Of a DNA stretch of 64,000 nucleotides, positions 18,469 through 27,670 are shown in pieces (positions within the stretch are counted from its first letter, which is position 1; each line of letters opens with the position of its first letter). The notes beneath the pieces are model-generated. The model worked only from the letters and a program-made list of their open reading frames with translations, did not search any database and was not told the DNA's origin. The translations under genes were made by a program, and so were the position numbers. The stretch lies in sequence record PQ741806.1; one strand, given 5' to 3'.

Positions 18469-19122
18469 TTAATTATTATATTCATCCATCAATTCAGGTA
18501 GACGGCTATCTCTAGGATCTAAGATTTCAGACCAATCAATTGGCATATATGGCTCATCAGATTCATTTTTATTTAACCATTCTTCTAGTCTCTTTACATC
18601 ATCGGACCAGTATAGGTTATACATAGTTGGCACATTTGCATCTAATGCCAACTGCCACGCTGTATTAGTACCACCACTAATTACAGAGGTTGGTGTCTTT
18701 TGTTCACCGTATGCAATAATAGTTGAAACAGGTTCACGTAAAGTATGGCCATGAATTTGAAATACATTACGAGTATGTAGTTCAATACCTGTTCTACCTA
18801 AACCATTGAAACTTCCCCGAGCTGCACAGGCCATTGCCATAGCTGTGGGAATGGTATCAGTATATACGGAGGCATCATGAAACCACGCTAGATTCTCAAT
18901 TCGTCTTCCAAGAAATCCATTTCGAATAATGTAAATACGACTTTCTACTGTATCCCATTTATCAGACTGAATTGCACCATACCAACCAGCTCTATCTGAT
19001 CCATATGCATCGCCTGATGAAATACCTATACCTAGATCAACAAATGTTCTTCCTGCGCGTATCATCAATTCTAGGGCCCATGTAGGGGCATAGCGACTAC
19101 CGACAATAGCTGTCATTGCCAT
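18469..19122 (-). CDS. DprA/Smf-like SLOG-superfamily protein (217 aa)
   Basis: AIVGSR, ISSGDAYGSD, SGGTNTAWQLA motifs match the SLOG Rossmannoid pattern. Confidence 0.75.
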   Translation of the reverse strand: MAMTAIVGSRYAPTWALELMIRAGRTFVDLGIGISSGDAYGSDRAGWYGAIQSDKWDTVESRIYIIRNGFLGRRIENLAWFHDASVYTDTIPTAMAMACAARGSFNGLGRTGIELHTRNVFQIHGHTLREPVSTIIAYGEQKTPTSVISGGTNTAWQLALDANVPTMYNLYWSDDVKRLEEWLNKNESDEPYMPIDWSEILDPRDSRLPELMDEYNN

Positions 19123-19832
19123 TATCTAACCCTCATTAGAAGACGGATATCACCGTACTTAAGAACGGCATTTCGGACTTGATAAATAAAAGGTTTAAAT
19201 TCTTTTCGCTGTTGATCAGCCGTGAGTGTATAAGTTACTTTGATAGGTTCATTAGGAACATTGCAGAAAGATAGATAACGCGATACTCGACGTAGATTAC
19301 GTAGGTGATTCTTACCACATTTAGGCCCGACTCGTTGTAACCGGCCGTCGATAACCTTCCAATCATAATTAGCTTTAAGGTTTAGAGAATAAAAACTTTC
19401 AGTTAAATTCTTATAATACTGTAATTGTTTTTGAGAGATTTTATTAATTTTTGGTTCATCTGTTACAAGACGTGGGCTATACCGTGAATAGCAATCTGGT
19501 TCTGACATACGATCCCAGGACATATAAGTATATAGACTCATATATACTGTTTTAGTAACTGGTTTAAGCTCACTCATACCTTTTAGAATAGCTTCACCAC
19601 TAATCCATGCATCACAGCGTGGATCATCATCATAACTACTCCACCATTCTGGTTTCTTTTTCAGATCATCAGGAACACCATTATGGTAAGCAAATGGTTT
19701 TACATCCCAATAATTGCGAATATCAAGTAGATATGCATAAAGATCATAATTCTGTGTTAGTTCAATATCTTCGATACCAATCCATTCATTATTTACTTTA
19801 GCTTGAGTTTCTAAATATACATAATCACCCAT
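19122..19832 (-). CDS. Hypothetical protein (236 aa)
   Basis: Long ORF, coupled to SLOG gene. Confidence 0.85.
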   Translation of the reverse strand: MGDYVYLETQAKVNNEWIGIEDIELTQNYDLYAYLLDIRNYWDVKPFAYHNGVPDDLKKKPEWWSSYDDDPRCDAWISGEAILKGMSELKPVTKTVYMSLYTYMSWDRMSEPDCYSRYSPRLVTDEPKINKISQKQLQYYKNLTESFYSLNLKANYDWKVIDGRLQRVGPKCGKNHLRNLRRVSRYLSFCNVPNEPIKVTYTLTADQQRKEFKPFIYQVRNAVLKYGDIRLLMRVR

Positions 19833-20036
19833 TTTCTTTATTTCCTGTATTAGATTAATATAAATGTTTTATAACAACTATTTCAATATTGAATAACGTA
19901 TTATTGGTTGTTTTAATTTACTACTCAACCTGATAATGTGTAATACGTCTATCTATATATCTCTTTTCTCTGGTGAAGAGCATTAGCATTATTCCAAGGT
20001 AGAGTCCTTATTCTATTAAACATATAAGTAAATAAT

Positions 20037-20058
20037 CCCTCCCCAATAAAGGGGAGGG
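20037..20058. terminator. Hairpin CCCTCCCC-AATAAA-GGGGAGGG
   Basis: 8-bp stem. Confidence 0.8.
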
Positions 20059-20074
20059 TATATGTTATCTTAAT

Positions 20075-20476
20075 TCATGCTTTTGAAAGATCATATTTAA
20101 TAGCTTCATCTTTCATAGGAGTTAATACAATAGTCACTTTTTCAAAACCATGTATATCCCTACCATTATAAGAAATATCAATACTCTCCCAATCCTGGTT
20201 AACTACTTCAGCATGAAGAATATTTTTAATATTGATAGCATCTGTTTTATCAAACCATTTAAAAACCTTTGGGTTAAATACAAGTTCGAAAGTAGTTTGA
20301 TATGGATAGCTTTTCTGTTTAACAAGCCTACTAGATGCTAGTGATGTATTCTCAATGTTTCGAATAACATCAATCATTGCTTTACGGATAGTAAGTAATT
20401 TACTTTTCAGAACCAAATCAATAAATGCTGGATCAGTTGTCATTACTTCTTTTACAGATGGAAATGTGATTTCCAT
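20075..20476 (-). CDS. Hypothetical protein (133 aa)
   Basis: GAGGA RBS. Confidence 0.8.
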   Translation of the reverse strand: MEITFPSVKEVMTTDPAFIDLVLKSKLLTIRKAMIDVIRNIENTSLASSRLVKQKSYPYQTTFELVFNPKVFKWFDKTDAINIKNILHAEVVNQDWESIDISYNGRDIHGFEKVTIVLTPMKDEAIKYDLSKA

Positions 20477-20492
20477 AGCATCCTCTTATAGG

Positions 20493-20669
20493 TTAATTAT
20501 TAAAAGATAAATCATAATCACTTTGTCTGCGATTCGGATTAACAGGATCAGGATATTTTCCAGTTTTGATAACTTCTTTTATAGCTCTAAAATCACGTTC
20601 TAGAAAATCTAGTTTTTTAACTAACTCTTTTTCTAATTCTTTATTGAGTAGTCTTCTTAATTTGCTCAT
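20493..20669 (-). CDS. Small hypothetical protein (58 aa), missed by track
   Basis: MSKLRRLLNKELEKELVKKLDFLERDFRAIKEVIKTGKYPDPVNPNRRQSDYDLSFNN*; fills gap, start inside upstream gene's 3' end. Confidence 0.7.
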   Translation of the reverse strand: MSKLRRLLNKELEKELVKKLDFLERDFRAIKEVIKTGKYPDPVNPNRRQSDYDLSFNN

Positions 20670-21036
20670 CTACGTATACTCTTACAATGAACCAATTGAT
20701 TAGGCCAAAACCTTTTGGTGTGATGGTAATGTCATCTTTATATCCATTTTTAGTGATTACATTACGTAATACTTTAATTGCTTCAGGTGGAATAAGATTA
20801 GCATTACCGGTAACACTATACTCGAAATAATAACCTACACCTGGTAAATAACCTGATGCAATCTGGTTAGTACCTGTGATATTACTAACGTGTTGGAAGT
20901 CACTAAAAGCATTCTTGTAGAATAACAAAATATTAGGAATTACTTCATCCCTAATAGTAGAACTAGTAATGGCATCCGCCGATGGAAAATAAGGTACTAA
21001 TTCATCTGTTACATTGGTGCTATTAATATCGGACAT
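20641..21036 (-). CDS. Hypothetical protein (131 aa)
   Basis: GAGGA RBS, first gene after early promoter. Confidence 0.8.
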   Translation of the reverse strand: MSDINSTNVTDELVPYFPSADAITSSTIRDEVIPNILLFYKNAFSDFQHVSNITGTNQIASGYLPGVGYYFEYSVTGNANLIPPEAIKVLRNVITKNGYKDDITITPKGFGLINWFIVRVYVDEQIKKTTQ

Positions 21037-21082
21037 AATCTTTTCCTCATTATAAAAGGATAAATATCTTTATGGTAATCCT

Positions 21083-21105
21083 GTAATATAGATTTAAATT
21101 AATTT
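21083..21105 (-). promoter_or_regulatory. phiKZ-type early promoter
   Basis: Minus AATTTAAATC-TATATTAC (core 21083-21090). Confidence 0.8.
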
Positions 21106-21118
21106 ATAATGAATGGCA

Positions 21119-21145
21119 TAAAGGAGCCCCTGGTGGGCTCCTTTA
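21119..21145. terminator. Hairpin TAAAGGAGCCC-CTGGT-GGGCTCCTTTA
   Basis: 11-bp stem; no protein gene ends here. Confidence 0.8.
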
Positions 21146-21310
21146 ATGTAATAGGTCCGACCCCTATCTAGAGGTCGGTGAGTAGCAAGGCACCGTAGTT
21201 GGGGTTCGTGTCGTTCCTGACGATACTTTAGTACCCCGGTTTATTTACGACTGGATCACCCCCTTAAAGTGCAGTGCGTTTTACGCAAACTGCCTTGCTC
21301 TATATCATTG
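21146..21310 (-). ncRNA. Candidate structured ncRNA with 16S rRNA 3'-end-complementary segment
   Basis: ORF-free and GC-rich. 9-bp closing helix 21184-21192/21291-21299 with inner stems; hairpin 21157-21178; 21246-21266 complementary to 16S 3' tail; terminator downstream. Strand and ends inferred. Confidence 0.55.
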
Positions 21311-21386
21311 CACTGTGCGTATTTTTATTCGTTAGCTAATCTTATGACTTAGAGTTATATTTACATACCCCTTAAGGAAAAATGCA

Positions 21387-23498
21387 ATGATAGACTCATT
21401 TAGGAAGCTAATGGGCTCGCTATCAATTACTGAAACTGATCAAGAAATTATCATCAGTGGTTTTGATGGTGCTGCATTCATTAGAGATATTAACAAGTAT
21501 TGGCGAACCACTAAATTAGCTACGCAGTTATTTAACACGGTTAGTCGTCGTAGTATTTCATTTTATAAATTCTTTGCTCCTGAAATATATTACATGCTAG
21601 AAGCAGTAAAGAATTATAGAAGTAGATACATCTCTATTAAAACTGTTAATGCCATCCGTGAAGCAATGCTTCAATATACCTGGTTAAAAAATACTCGTCC
21701 TGTAGATACCAACTCTGTACCAGGTAGACTCAATTTCAAGATGTTAGACAAATTGACATTTACACCAGATGAGTCTCAAAAAGCTTATTTTGAAAATTAT
21801 AATTATCGAATTGACCAGTATGGTTTACGTGGTGATATTGTTGCAGGTAAACCTGGTACTGGTAAGACATTCATGACGATGGCTATTGCTGAAATGGTTG
21901 AGTCGGATATCATTATAGTTGTTTGTGAAAAGAAGTCTATTGATCTAATATGGAAGCCATCTATTATTGAGATGTATAAGGAAAGACAAAAAGTATGGTC
22001 GACCATTGATGATAAAGCCTACAACGGTCAAAGAATACTTATATCCCATTACCAGGCGCAAGATAAAATAATTGATCTATTAAGAAGCGGTATATTCAAA
22101 GGTAAGAACATTACGGTGATTCTGGATGAATCACACAATATGAACGATCCTAATTCTGCACAATCTCTTAAGTTCCAGCAAATATGTTTTATGTCTAACT
22201 CTAATAACAGATTATTAGCGTCAGGTACCCCTGTTAAAGCACTTGGTTCTGAATTAGTAAGTGCATTAAGAGTATTAGACGATCTCTTCACCAATGAGGT
22301 TGAAGAACGTTTTAAGAAAGCATTTGGAAAAGAGACACAGAAAGGATTAGATATTGTCCAACATCGCTTTGGGTTAATTGCGTACGTCATTGAAAAGAAA
22401 GATACTGAGGTTTTACCACCGAGGATAAAAGCGTATCGTATCAAGATACCAAATGGATCACAGTATACTCTTAATGCCATTAAACGTGATTGTGAAGCTT
22501 TTATTAGAGAACGTGTAAAGTTCTATGCTGCGCGCCGACCAGAAGATGAGAAGTATTGGGCTAAACTAATGGCGATACACGAGAACTCTCTTAAGACCCA
22601 GGCGCAGAAAGATGGTTTCGCTCGCTATAAGAATTTGATTAAAATAATTCAGAAGAATCAAGACCCGCGATACATTGGTGAAGAAATTAAAGAATCTAAC
22701 CAATATGAAAAAATGTTTATAGAGCCAACTTTACCTCGTAATGAAATAGCTGCTTTTAGAGATATTAAATCAGTTATAAAATACGTTATGCTAAAGATAC
22801 AAGGTGAATGTTTGGGAAGGGTTTTAGGTGCTAAACGCATTCAGTGCCATGTGGACATGGTACCGTATATTGACTGGGTTGGTATCACTGAATCAACTAT
22901 GAAGAAAACGATTGCATTTACATCGTTTGTTGAGGTTGTTGATACTGTTGATAAGTACACCAATAAATTAGGTATGCATCCGGCGGTGGTGTATGGTAAA
23001 ACCAATGACAATTTACCTCAAATAATCAGTAGATTTGAGAAAGACCCTAAATTAAATCCATTGGTAGCTACATATGCTTCCCTTTCAACAGCGGTCCGTA
23101 TGACGATGGCTGATACTATGGTGACAATTAATTCACCGTTTAGGCATTACATTCTAGAACAAGCTATTGCTCGAATTTACCGTAAAGGTCAGGATTCACA
23201 AACAGTCGTATATCAATGTACTCTCGATACAGAAGATGAACCGAATATCTCAACAAGGTCAGATGACATTCTAAAATGGAGTCAGGCAATGGTTGAAGCT
23301 ATTATGGGTATTAAATCTCCATTTGAGATCACAGAGTCATTAGAAAGTTATGTTGATAAAAATAATAATTTTGATGAAAATAAAATCATTTATCAGATGC
23401 TAAAAGAATCATTTGAGAAGTATGATATCGCAATTGATTTTAATGACTTTGATACACGTATGTATAAACCATATCAGCCCGCATATATGCGGTTTTAA
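21387..23498 (+). CDS. SF2 (SNF2/DEAD-like) helicase, 703 aa; virion-associated in phiKZ-like phages
   Basis: GKPGTGKT, ILDESH, SGTP, QAIARIYRKGQ motifs. Confidence 0.92.
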   Translation: MIDSFRKLMGSLSITETDQEIIISGFDGAAFIRDINKYWRTTKLATQLFNTVSRRSISFYKFFAPEIYYMLEAVKNYRSRYISIKTVNAIREAMLQYTWLKNTRPVDTNSVPGRLNFKMLDKLTFTPDESQKAYFENYNYRIDQYGLRGDIVAGKPGTGKTFMTMAIAEMVESDIIIVVCEKKSIDLIWKPSIIEMYKERQKVWSTIDDKAYNGQRILISHYQAQDKIIDLLRSGIFKGKNITVILDESHNMNDPNSAQSLKFQQICFMSNSNNRLLASGTPVKALGSELVSALRVLDDLFTNEVEERFKKAFGKETQKGLDIVQHRFGLIAYVIEKKDTEVLPPRIKAYRIKIPNGSQYTLNAIKRDCEAFIRERVKFYAARRPEDEKYWAKLMAIHENSLKTQAQKDGFARYKNLIKIIQKNQDPRYIGEEIKESNQYEKMFIEPTLPRNEIAAFRDIKSVIKYVMLKIQGECLGRVLGAKRIQCHVDMVPYIDWVGITESTMKKTIAFTSFVEVVDTVDKYTNKLGMHPAVVYGKTNDNLPQIISRFEKDPKLNPLVATYASLSTAVRMTMADTMVTINSPFRHYILEQAIARIYRKGQDSQTVVYQCTLDTEDEPNISTRSDDILKWSQAMVEAIMGIKSPFEITESLESYVDKNNNFDENKIIYQMLKESFEKYDIAIDFNDFDTRMYKPYQPAYMRF

Positions 23499-23509
23499 AG
23501 GAGACAGAA

Positions 23510-23980
23510 ATGTCTGATCCACATTCATCTAATACTGGTGAAGATCTTATTCTTGGGCCTGAAGCCACCAGTGAAGAAATGTATAATGCGATTTTAAGGT
23601 GGGTTGACAAAGTAACAACCATCCTAGAATCTGGTGGTGGCCCTGGTCCAGGTCCTAGTACTGGTTTAAAACCAATTCTATTTCAAACTGGTACATTAAA
23701 CCCAGGAGATGTAGTTACTTATGATCTTTCCAAAGTTATTACTTCTATGGGTGATTATACTCTGGCTACATCCATCGTTGATCTCAAGATTATCGACCCT
23801 GAAACTACTAGTCCTACTAGTGGTAAGCTTATTAGCGCTTCTGCTAGTATTGGTTGGGATCTCGATTCATCTACAGGGATTTTAAATATCCGTGGGTATA
23901 GCCTGTCTGTACCAATCACTTATTATATTCGAGTTGACTCACCTATTAAGACGGCTGATATTCCCGTGTATACCCCATAA
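23510..23980 (+). CDS. Putative virion structural protein (156 aa)
   Basis: GGAG RBS; beta-rich S/T/G/P composition; co-oriented with helicase. Confidence 0.65.
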   Translation: MSDPHSSNTGEDLILGPEATSEEMYNAILRWVDKVTTILESGGGPGPGPSTGLKPILFQTGTLNPGDVVTYDLSKVITSMGDYTLATSIVDLKIIDPETTSPTSGKLISASASIGWDLDSSTGILNIRGYSLSVPITYYIRVDSPIKTADIPVYTP

Positions 23981-23990
23981 GGAGTGAGAA

Positions 23991-25940
23991 ATGCCTTCTA
24001 TTGTCCCGTCGCAAGTGCCGGGTCCTGTGGCACTAAACTCTAAAGTTAAATTTAACTTTAGTGCAGATATTCAGAAGGTGTATTATACAGTGAGCCCGGA
24101 GTTACCTCCGGTGCTCTCTGAATACATTGCTTATGATGGTGACCCTGCAACAGGTGGTAGTCCATTTATTGCTGTTGTGCAAGATGGCACTGGTAATGTT
24201 CTTTATGATTGTAGTTTTCCAAAATTCTATAATTTAAACTATGATACTTACCAAATTCCGGCTAATACAACAAACCCTCAAGATCTATGGGGATGGGTAA
24301 GATATTTTTATAATGCTATTGGGTTTATTAGGAATGGTAGTAAGTACGAATCAACTGGAAAGAAATTCTTAGTAATCACAGATAGTAATCCTAGTGAACC
24401 TTATTCAGTCCTCAATACGTCAGGTAATGGTTTTAAAAAGATACTAGATACGGCTGCTCGTGTACAAGATTCTACCTATGATGTTTATTACCCAGAAATG
24501 ATGGGTGGCACAGTAGACCTTACTTTAACAGATCTTAATAAGTATTATGCATGTATTCTATTCTCTACTAAAGATCATAATACTGGTGCATTAACTCCTG
24601 AAAGAGTGAGTCAGGCGACTATTGATAATCTAGCTACTTGGCGTAAATCGGGTAATGGTATCTTTGTTATAACTGATTCTGCTTCAAGAGATTACACTAA
24701 TATTGAAGATGCTAAAGAAAATAATGGTAGTTTTGCATTTACCGCTAATAGACTAGCCTTTAATTTTGGTTCTTATTTCTCTGGTGTTGTTGATAGGTCA
24801 GATGTTCAATATACTGTAAATCAGATGCTAAGCTGGTCACCAAAAGCTGCATCATCTGGTTTGTTTACAGGTATGAATAAATCTATTGGTAATGGTCAAG
24901 TAACTGACTTTGTTATCAAAGGTGATTCAAGTGAAAGTGAGATTAAGCTTGTTACTTTCCCAGCGTATAACAAAGAAGATATTCCTGAATTTACCTTCGA
25001 TCATACTGGCGAGTACATTTACAATTTTCTTTGTACGACATCTGAAAATCCTAATAAACCGTATGCTATTTCATTTAGATTCCAAGTTGGTGTAGATGAT
25101 GGTATCTTTGTTGCACGTGATAATGGCCAAGCTATTGATACTACTCAGATACTAACAGCTAAGCGTTATTTTGATCTTAATCTAGGTTACTCAAATGGTA
25201 CTGACCATCAGGATTATCTAGGCGATATTCAAATAAATGGCTATTTAGTTGGATCATTCTTATTTAGTCAGGGCATTACTCAGTGGGATCTGATAACTCA
25301 TGGATCAACTCTTTTAATCCATGATAATGATCAGATACGTATTAACGTACGTGTACCTTATACTTACACAATGCAACATCAAGTGGTACTTAGTTCAAAA
25401 CCAACTTCACTTTATAATGAAGCATCCCTTATAGGTACAATGGCATGGGATGATTATAAAGGAATAAGTAAAGCTAAAATTTATGAATATATTAATCTCA
25501 GCATGACTAAGTATATGTATCGTGTAGAGAATGCATATAAGAATAACATTAATATAAAACCAATAGTATTGACTGCATTACGCCGTACATTCCTTGGTGA
25601 TACATTGAATACAGCTAATGTATATGTTTATGATAATAACTCCACTTGGGGTAAACTAGCACAACGTGTCCAGAACGGACGACATGGTGATATTGTTATC
25701 TTTGCAGATACTTCTAAAGTTGTCCAGTATGATGAACTGGCTTCAACACCTGGCTGGTATGTAATGAAAGATCCAGGATTAGCTGATGTAACAGTAGCTA
25801 AACTAGTTCCATTCTTTGGAAATAACCGAGCTATTAAAAATAGGTTAAAGACTGGTGACATTCTTGATGAGACCACTGGTCAACCAATTTCTTTCCATGC
25901 TAATTGGAAAATAGAAAATGATAAACTTGTAAAAGTTTAA
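23991..25940 (+). CDS. Putative virion structural/tail-associated protein (649 aa)
   Basis: GGAG RBS; long beta-rich ORF; function inferred from context only. Confidence 0.65.
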   Translation: MPSIVPSQVPGPVALNSKVKFNFSADIQKVYYTVSPELPPVLSEYIAYDGDPATGGSPFIAVVQDGTGNVLYDCSFPKFYNLNYDTYQIPANTTNPQDLWGWVRYFYNAIGFIRNGSKYESTGKKFLVITDSNPSEPYSVLNTSGNGFKKILDTAARVQDSTYDVYYPEMMGGTVDLTLTDLNKYYACILFSTKDHNTGALTPERVSQATIDNLATWRKSGNGIFVITDSASRDYTNIEDAKENNGSFAFTANRLAFNFGSYFSGVVDRSDVQYTVNQMLSWSPKAASSGLFTGMNKSIGNGQVTDFVIKGDSSESEIKLVTFPAYNKEDIPEFTFDHTGEYIYNFLCTTSENPNKPYAISFRFQVGVDDGIFVARDNGQAIDTTQILTAKRYFDLNLGYSNGTDHQDYLGDIQINGYLVGSFLFSQGITQWDLITHGSTLLIHDNDQIRINVRVPYTYTMQHQVVLSSKPTSLYNEASLIGTMAWDDYKGISKAKIYEYINLSMTKYMYRVENAYKNNINIKPIVLTALRRTFLGDTLNTANVYVYDNNSTWGKLAQRVQNGRHGDIVIFADTSKVVQYDELASTPGWYVMKDPGLADVTVAKLVPFFGNNRAIKNRLKTGDILDETTGQPISFHANWKIENDKLVKV

Positions 25941-25943
25941 CGG

Positions 25944-25975
25944 CATAAGCCCTCCCACAATGGGAGGGCATTATG
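25944..25975. terminator. Bidirectional hairpin CATAA-GCCCTCCC-ACAAT-GGGAGGGC-A-TTATG
   Basis: Between convergent genes. Confidence 0.85.
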
Positions 25976-25980
25976 TTGTT

Positions 25981-26640
25981 TTAACCACGCGTTATATTAA
26001 ATAACCGTCTTTTCTGATCAAGTAATAAAATAGCGCTTGTGGTAATTTTAATGTTAAACCTACGTTTAGCTAAACTCTGAGCTACTAGTTCAATAGCATC
26101 AACTAGATCGATTGATTCTATATCACCTGTATTTTTAGATTTACTAATTGGTTTACTAAGAATTTTCCATCCCTTAGTAAAATTACTAGCTGACGGCTTT
26201 TGACCTATCTTGCTACGAAAAAATAATCCAACTAATTTACTAGCTAGTTCACGTGGATCATTAAAATCTGTTTCTGGTGAATGTAAGGTAATATTACTGT
26301 TTGCCAGGAATTCATGGTTCTCCGCACGATCCTCGATGGTTTTAGCACGTGGATCAAAATCCCAACAATTAACAGTTATATTTACGTCATTACCATTACG
26401 ACGTAGATCAATACATCTAATGAAATCAGTCATATCAAACTTACGTTCAACATCACGCATGTCATTAGCAATCTTCTCTAATTCATCGTTATCAGTAATA
26501 CCAACTTGCTTAGTAATATCAAAAGTCAAATCGGCTAAAACGGATTGAGGAAAACTGGTTGCGATCAGCAAACGCAGTACGATTTCTGGACGACTTTTTC
26601 TATATTTGTCGCCTGACATCTTCTCAAAGGTGTTAGTCAT
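25981..26640 (-). CDS. Hypothetical protein (219 aa)
   Basis: Long ORF. Confidence 0.8.
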   Translation of the reverse strand: MTNTFEKMSGDKYRKSRPEIVLRLLIATSFPQSVLADLTFDITKQVGITDNDELEKIANDMRDVERKFDMTDFIRCIDLRRNGNDVNITVNCWDFDPRAKTIEDRAENHEFLANSNITLHSPETDFNDPRELASKLVGLFFRSKIGQKPSASNFTKGWKILSKPISKSKNTGDIESIDLVDAIELVAQSLAKRRFNIKITTSAILLLDQKRRLFNITRG

Positions 26641-26659
26641 GATGGCTATCCCAAAAAGG

Positions 26660-27091
26660 TTAGTTCACACCATTTAAACGCTCCCAGTCATCTAGAGTTG
26701 CACGAGCATCAAATAGTGCGTTGTGAATCATTTTAGAACCTTTTCCACTTAGCTCATGATTTAATTCAAATATAGTTGGTAACTCAACAACTTGTTTACC
26801 TTTACCCATATCCATAGCTTTACCAGTGTAAACCATATCGTTAACATGATTAGCTATAAAATGTAATCGAGCAAACTGACCAAGAAACTTGGCTAGTCTA
26901 TCATGGAATTCTTCTAAAGAGATTGGTTCTTTTTGAAGAATAGGAATAACGTTTTCTTTAACCCATTCATCTTCAATATTGTCATATGGTAGAACTTCGT
27001 AGAATTCACAACGTCGATCTTCACTAACAATACCGAGTGAAATAAGAGTACCAGTAGGCGTATCAAATTCTGTATCAACAAAAAGTAACAT
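26660..27091 (-). CDS. DEDDh 3'-5' exonuclease, Rv2179c/RNase AS-like (143 aa)
   Basis: FVDTEF...LISLGIVSED...EFY, D in exoII, HNALFDAR exoIII. Confidence 0.8.
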   Translation of the reverse strand: MLLFVDTEFDTPTGTLISLGIVSEDRRCEFYEVLPYDNIEDEWVKENVIPILQKEPISLEEFHDRLAKFLGQFARLHFIANHVNDMVYTGKAMDMGKGKQVVELPTIFELNHELSGKGSKMIHNALFDARATLDDWERLNGVN

Positions 27092-27147
27092 AGTAGTTTT
27101 CCTTGTACGAAAGTCTTATCATAACAATAATGCACTTACGTCAAAAA

Positions 27148-27170
27148 GAGAGAACCATCATGGTTCTCTC
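27148..27170. terminator. Hairpin GAGAGAACCA-TCA-TGGTTCTCTC
   Basis: 10-bp stem with T-run on minus strand. Confidence 0.8.
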
Positions 27171-27181
27171 CTATAAAAGTA

Positions 27182-27670
27182 TTAGACTTTTAGTCCACGA
27201 ATATTGAAGATTATTTGACAAGCTGCAATTATTCTATTTCTAGAAATCTTTACAGGAATTTTATAGTGATTGAGTACAGCTTTAGGATTCTCAACACTCA
27301 TCAATTCTTTAAGTAATTCGTCGCTAATTTTATTATGTGTTAGGACAAAGGTTGCGACATCGTGGTCCCAGCATCGTTTTATTGCACTACAAGCACGAAT
27401 ATACTTCTCAGCTAATTCGGGGCTAAAATCTAATGCTTCTAGCCATTTCTTACGACCAGCAGTGTAAATCACTCGTGTACGAGTATTCGATGGGACAGCT
27501 ACAATATAACCTGTACCTGGTGTCCTACGCTCTTCAATGGGTCTGATGTTCCAATCACCAATCATCCTAATTAATGTAGATAGATCATCATTAGCACCAT
27601 AGTAACCAATAGGTAAACCTAAACTCACTTGTGTATCTATCTGGTCTACAGTTTGATGTGTAATAACCAT
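27182..27670 (-). CDS. Hypothetical protein (162 aa)
   Basis: ORF with GGGAAG RBS. Confidence 0.8.
   Translation of the reverse strand: MVITHQTVDQIDTQVSLGLPIGYYGANDDLSTLIRMIGDWNIRPIEERRTPGTGYIVAVPSNTRTRVIYTAGRKKWLEALDFSPELAEKYIRACSAIKRCWDHDVATFVLTHNKISDELLKELMSVENPKAVLNHYKIPVKISRNRIIAACQIIFNIRGLKV

Noticed and set aside
19949-20023. 24-codon minus-strand ORF MFNRIRTLPW..., possible degraded gene
   Set aside because: Too short, no clear RBS, no convincing continuation frame.
21217-21223. CTGACGA hammerhead-ribozyme core
   Set aside because: The following small stem is not followed by GAAA; no hammerhead architecture.
21251-21266. Fragment of a real 16S rRNA gene
   Set aside because: Similarity stops after about 21 nt; no other rRNA sequence nearby. 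Treated as antisense or mimic element instead.
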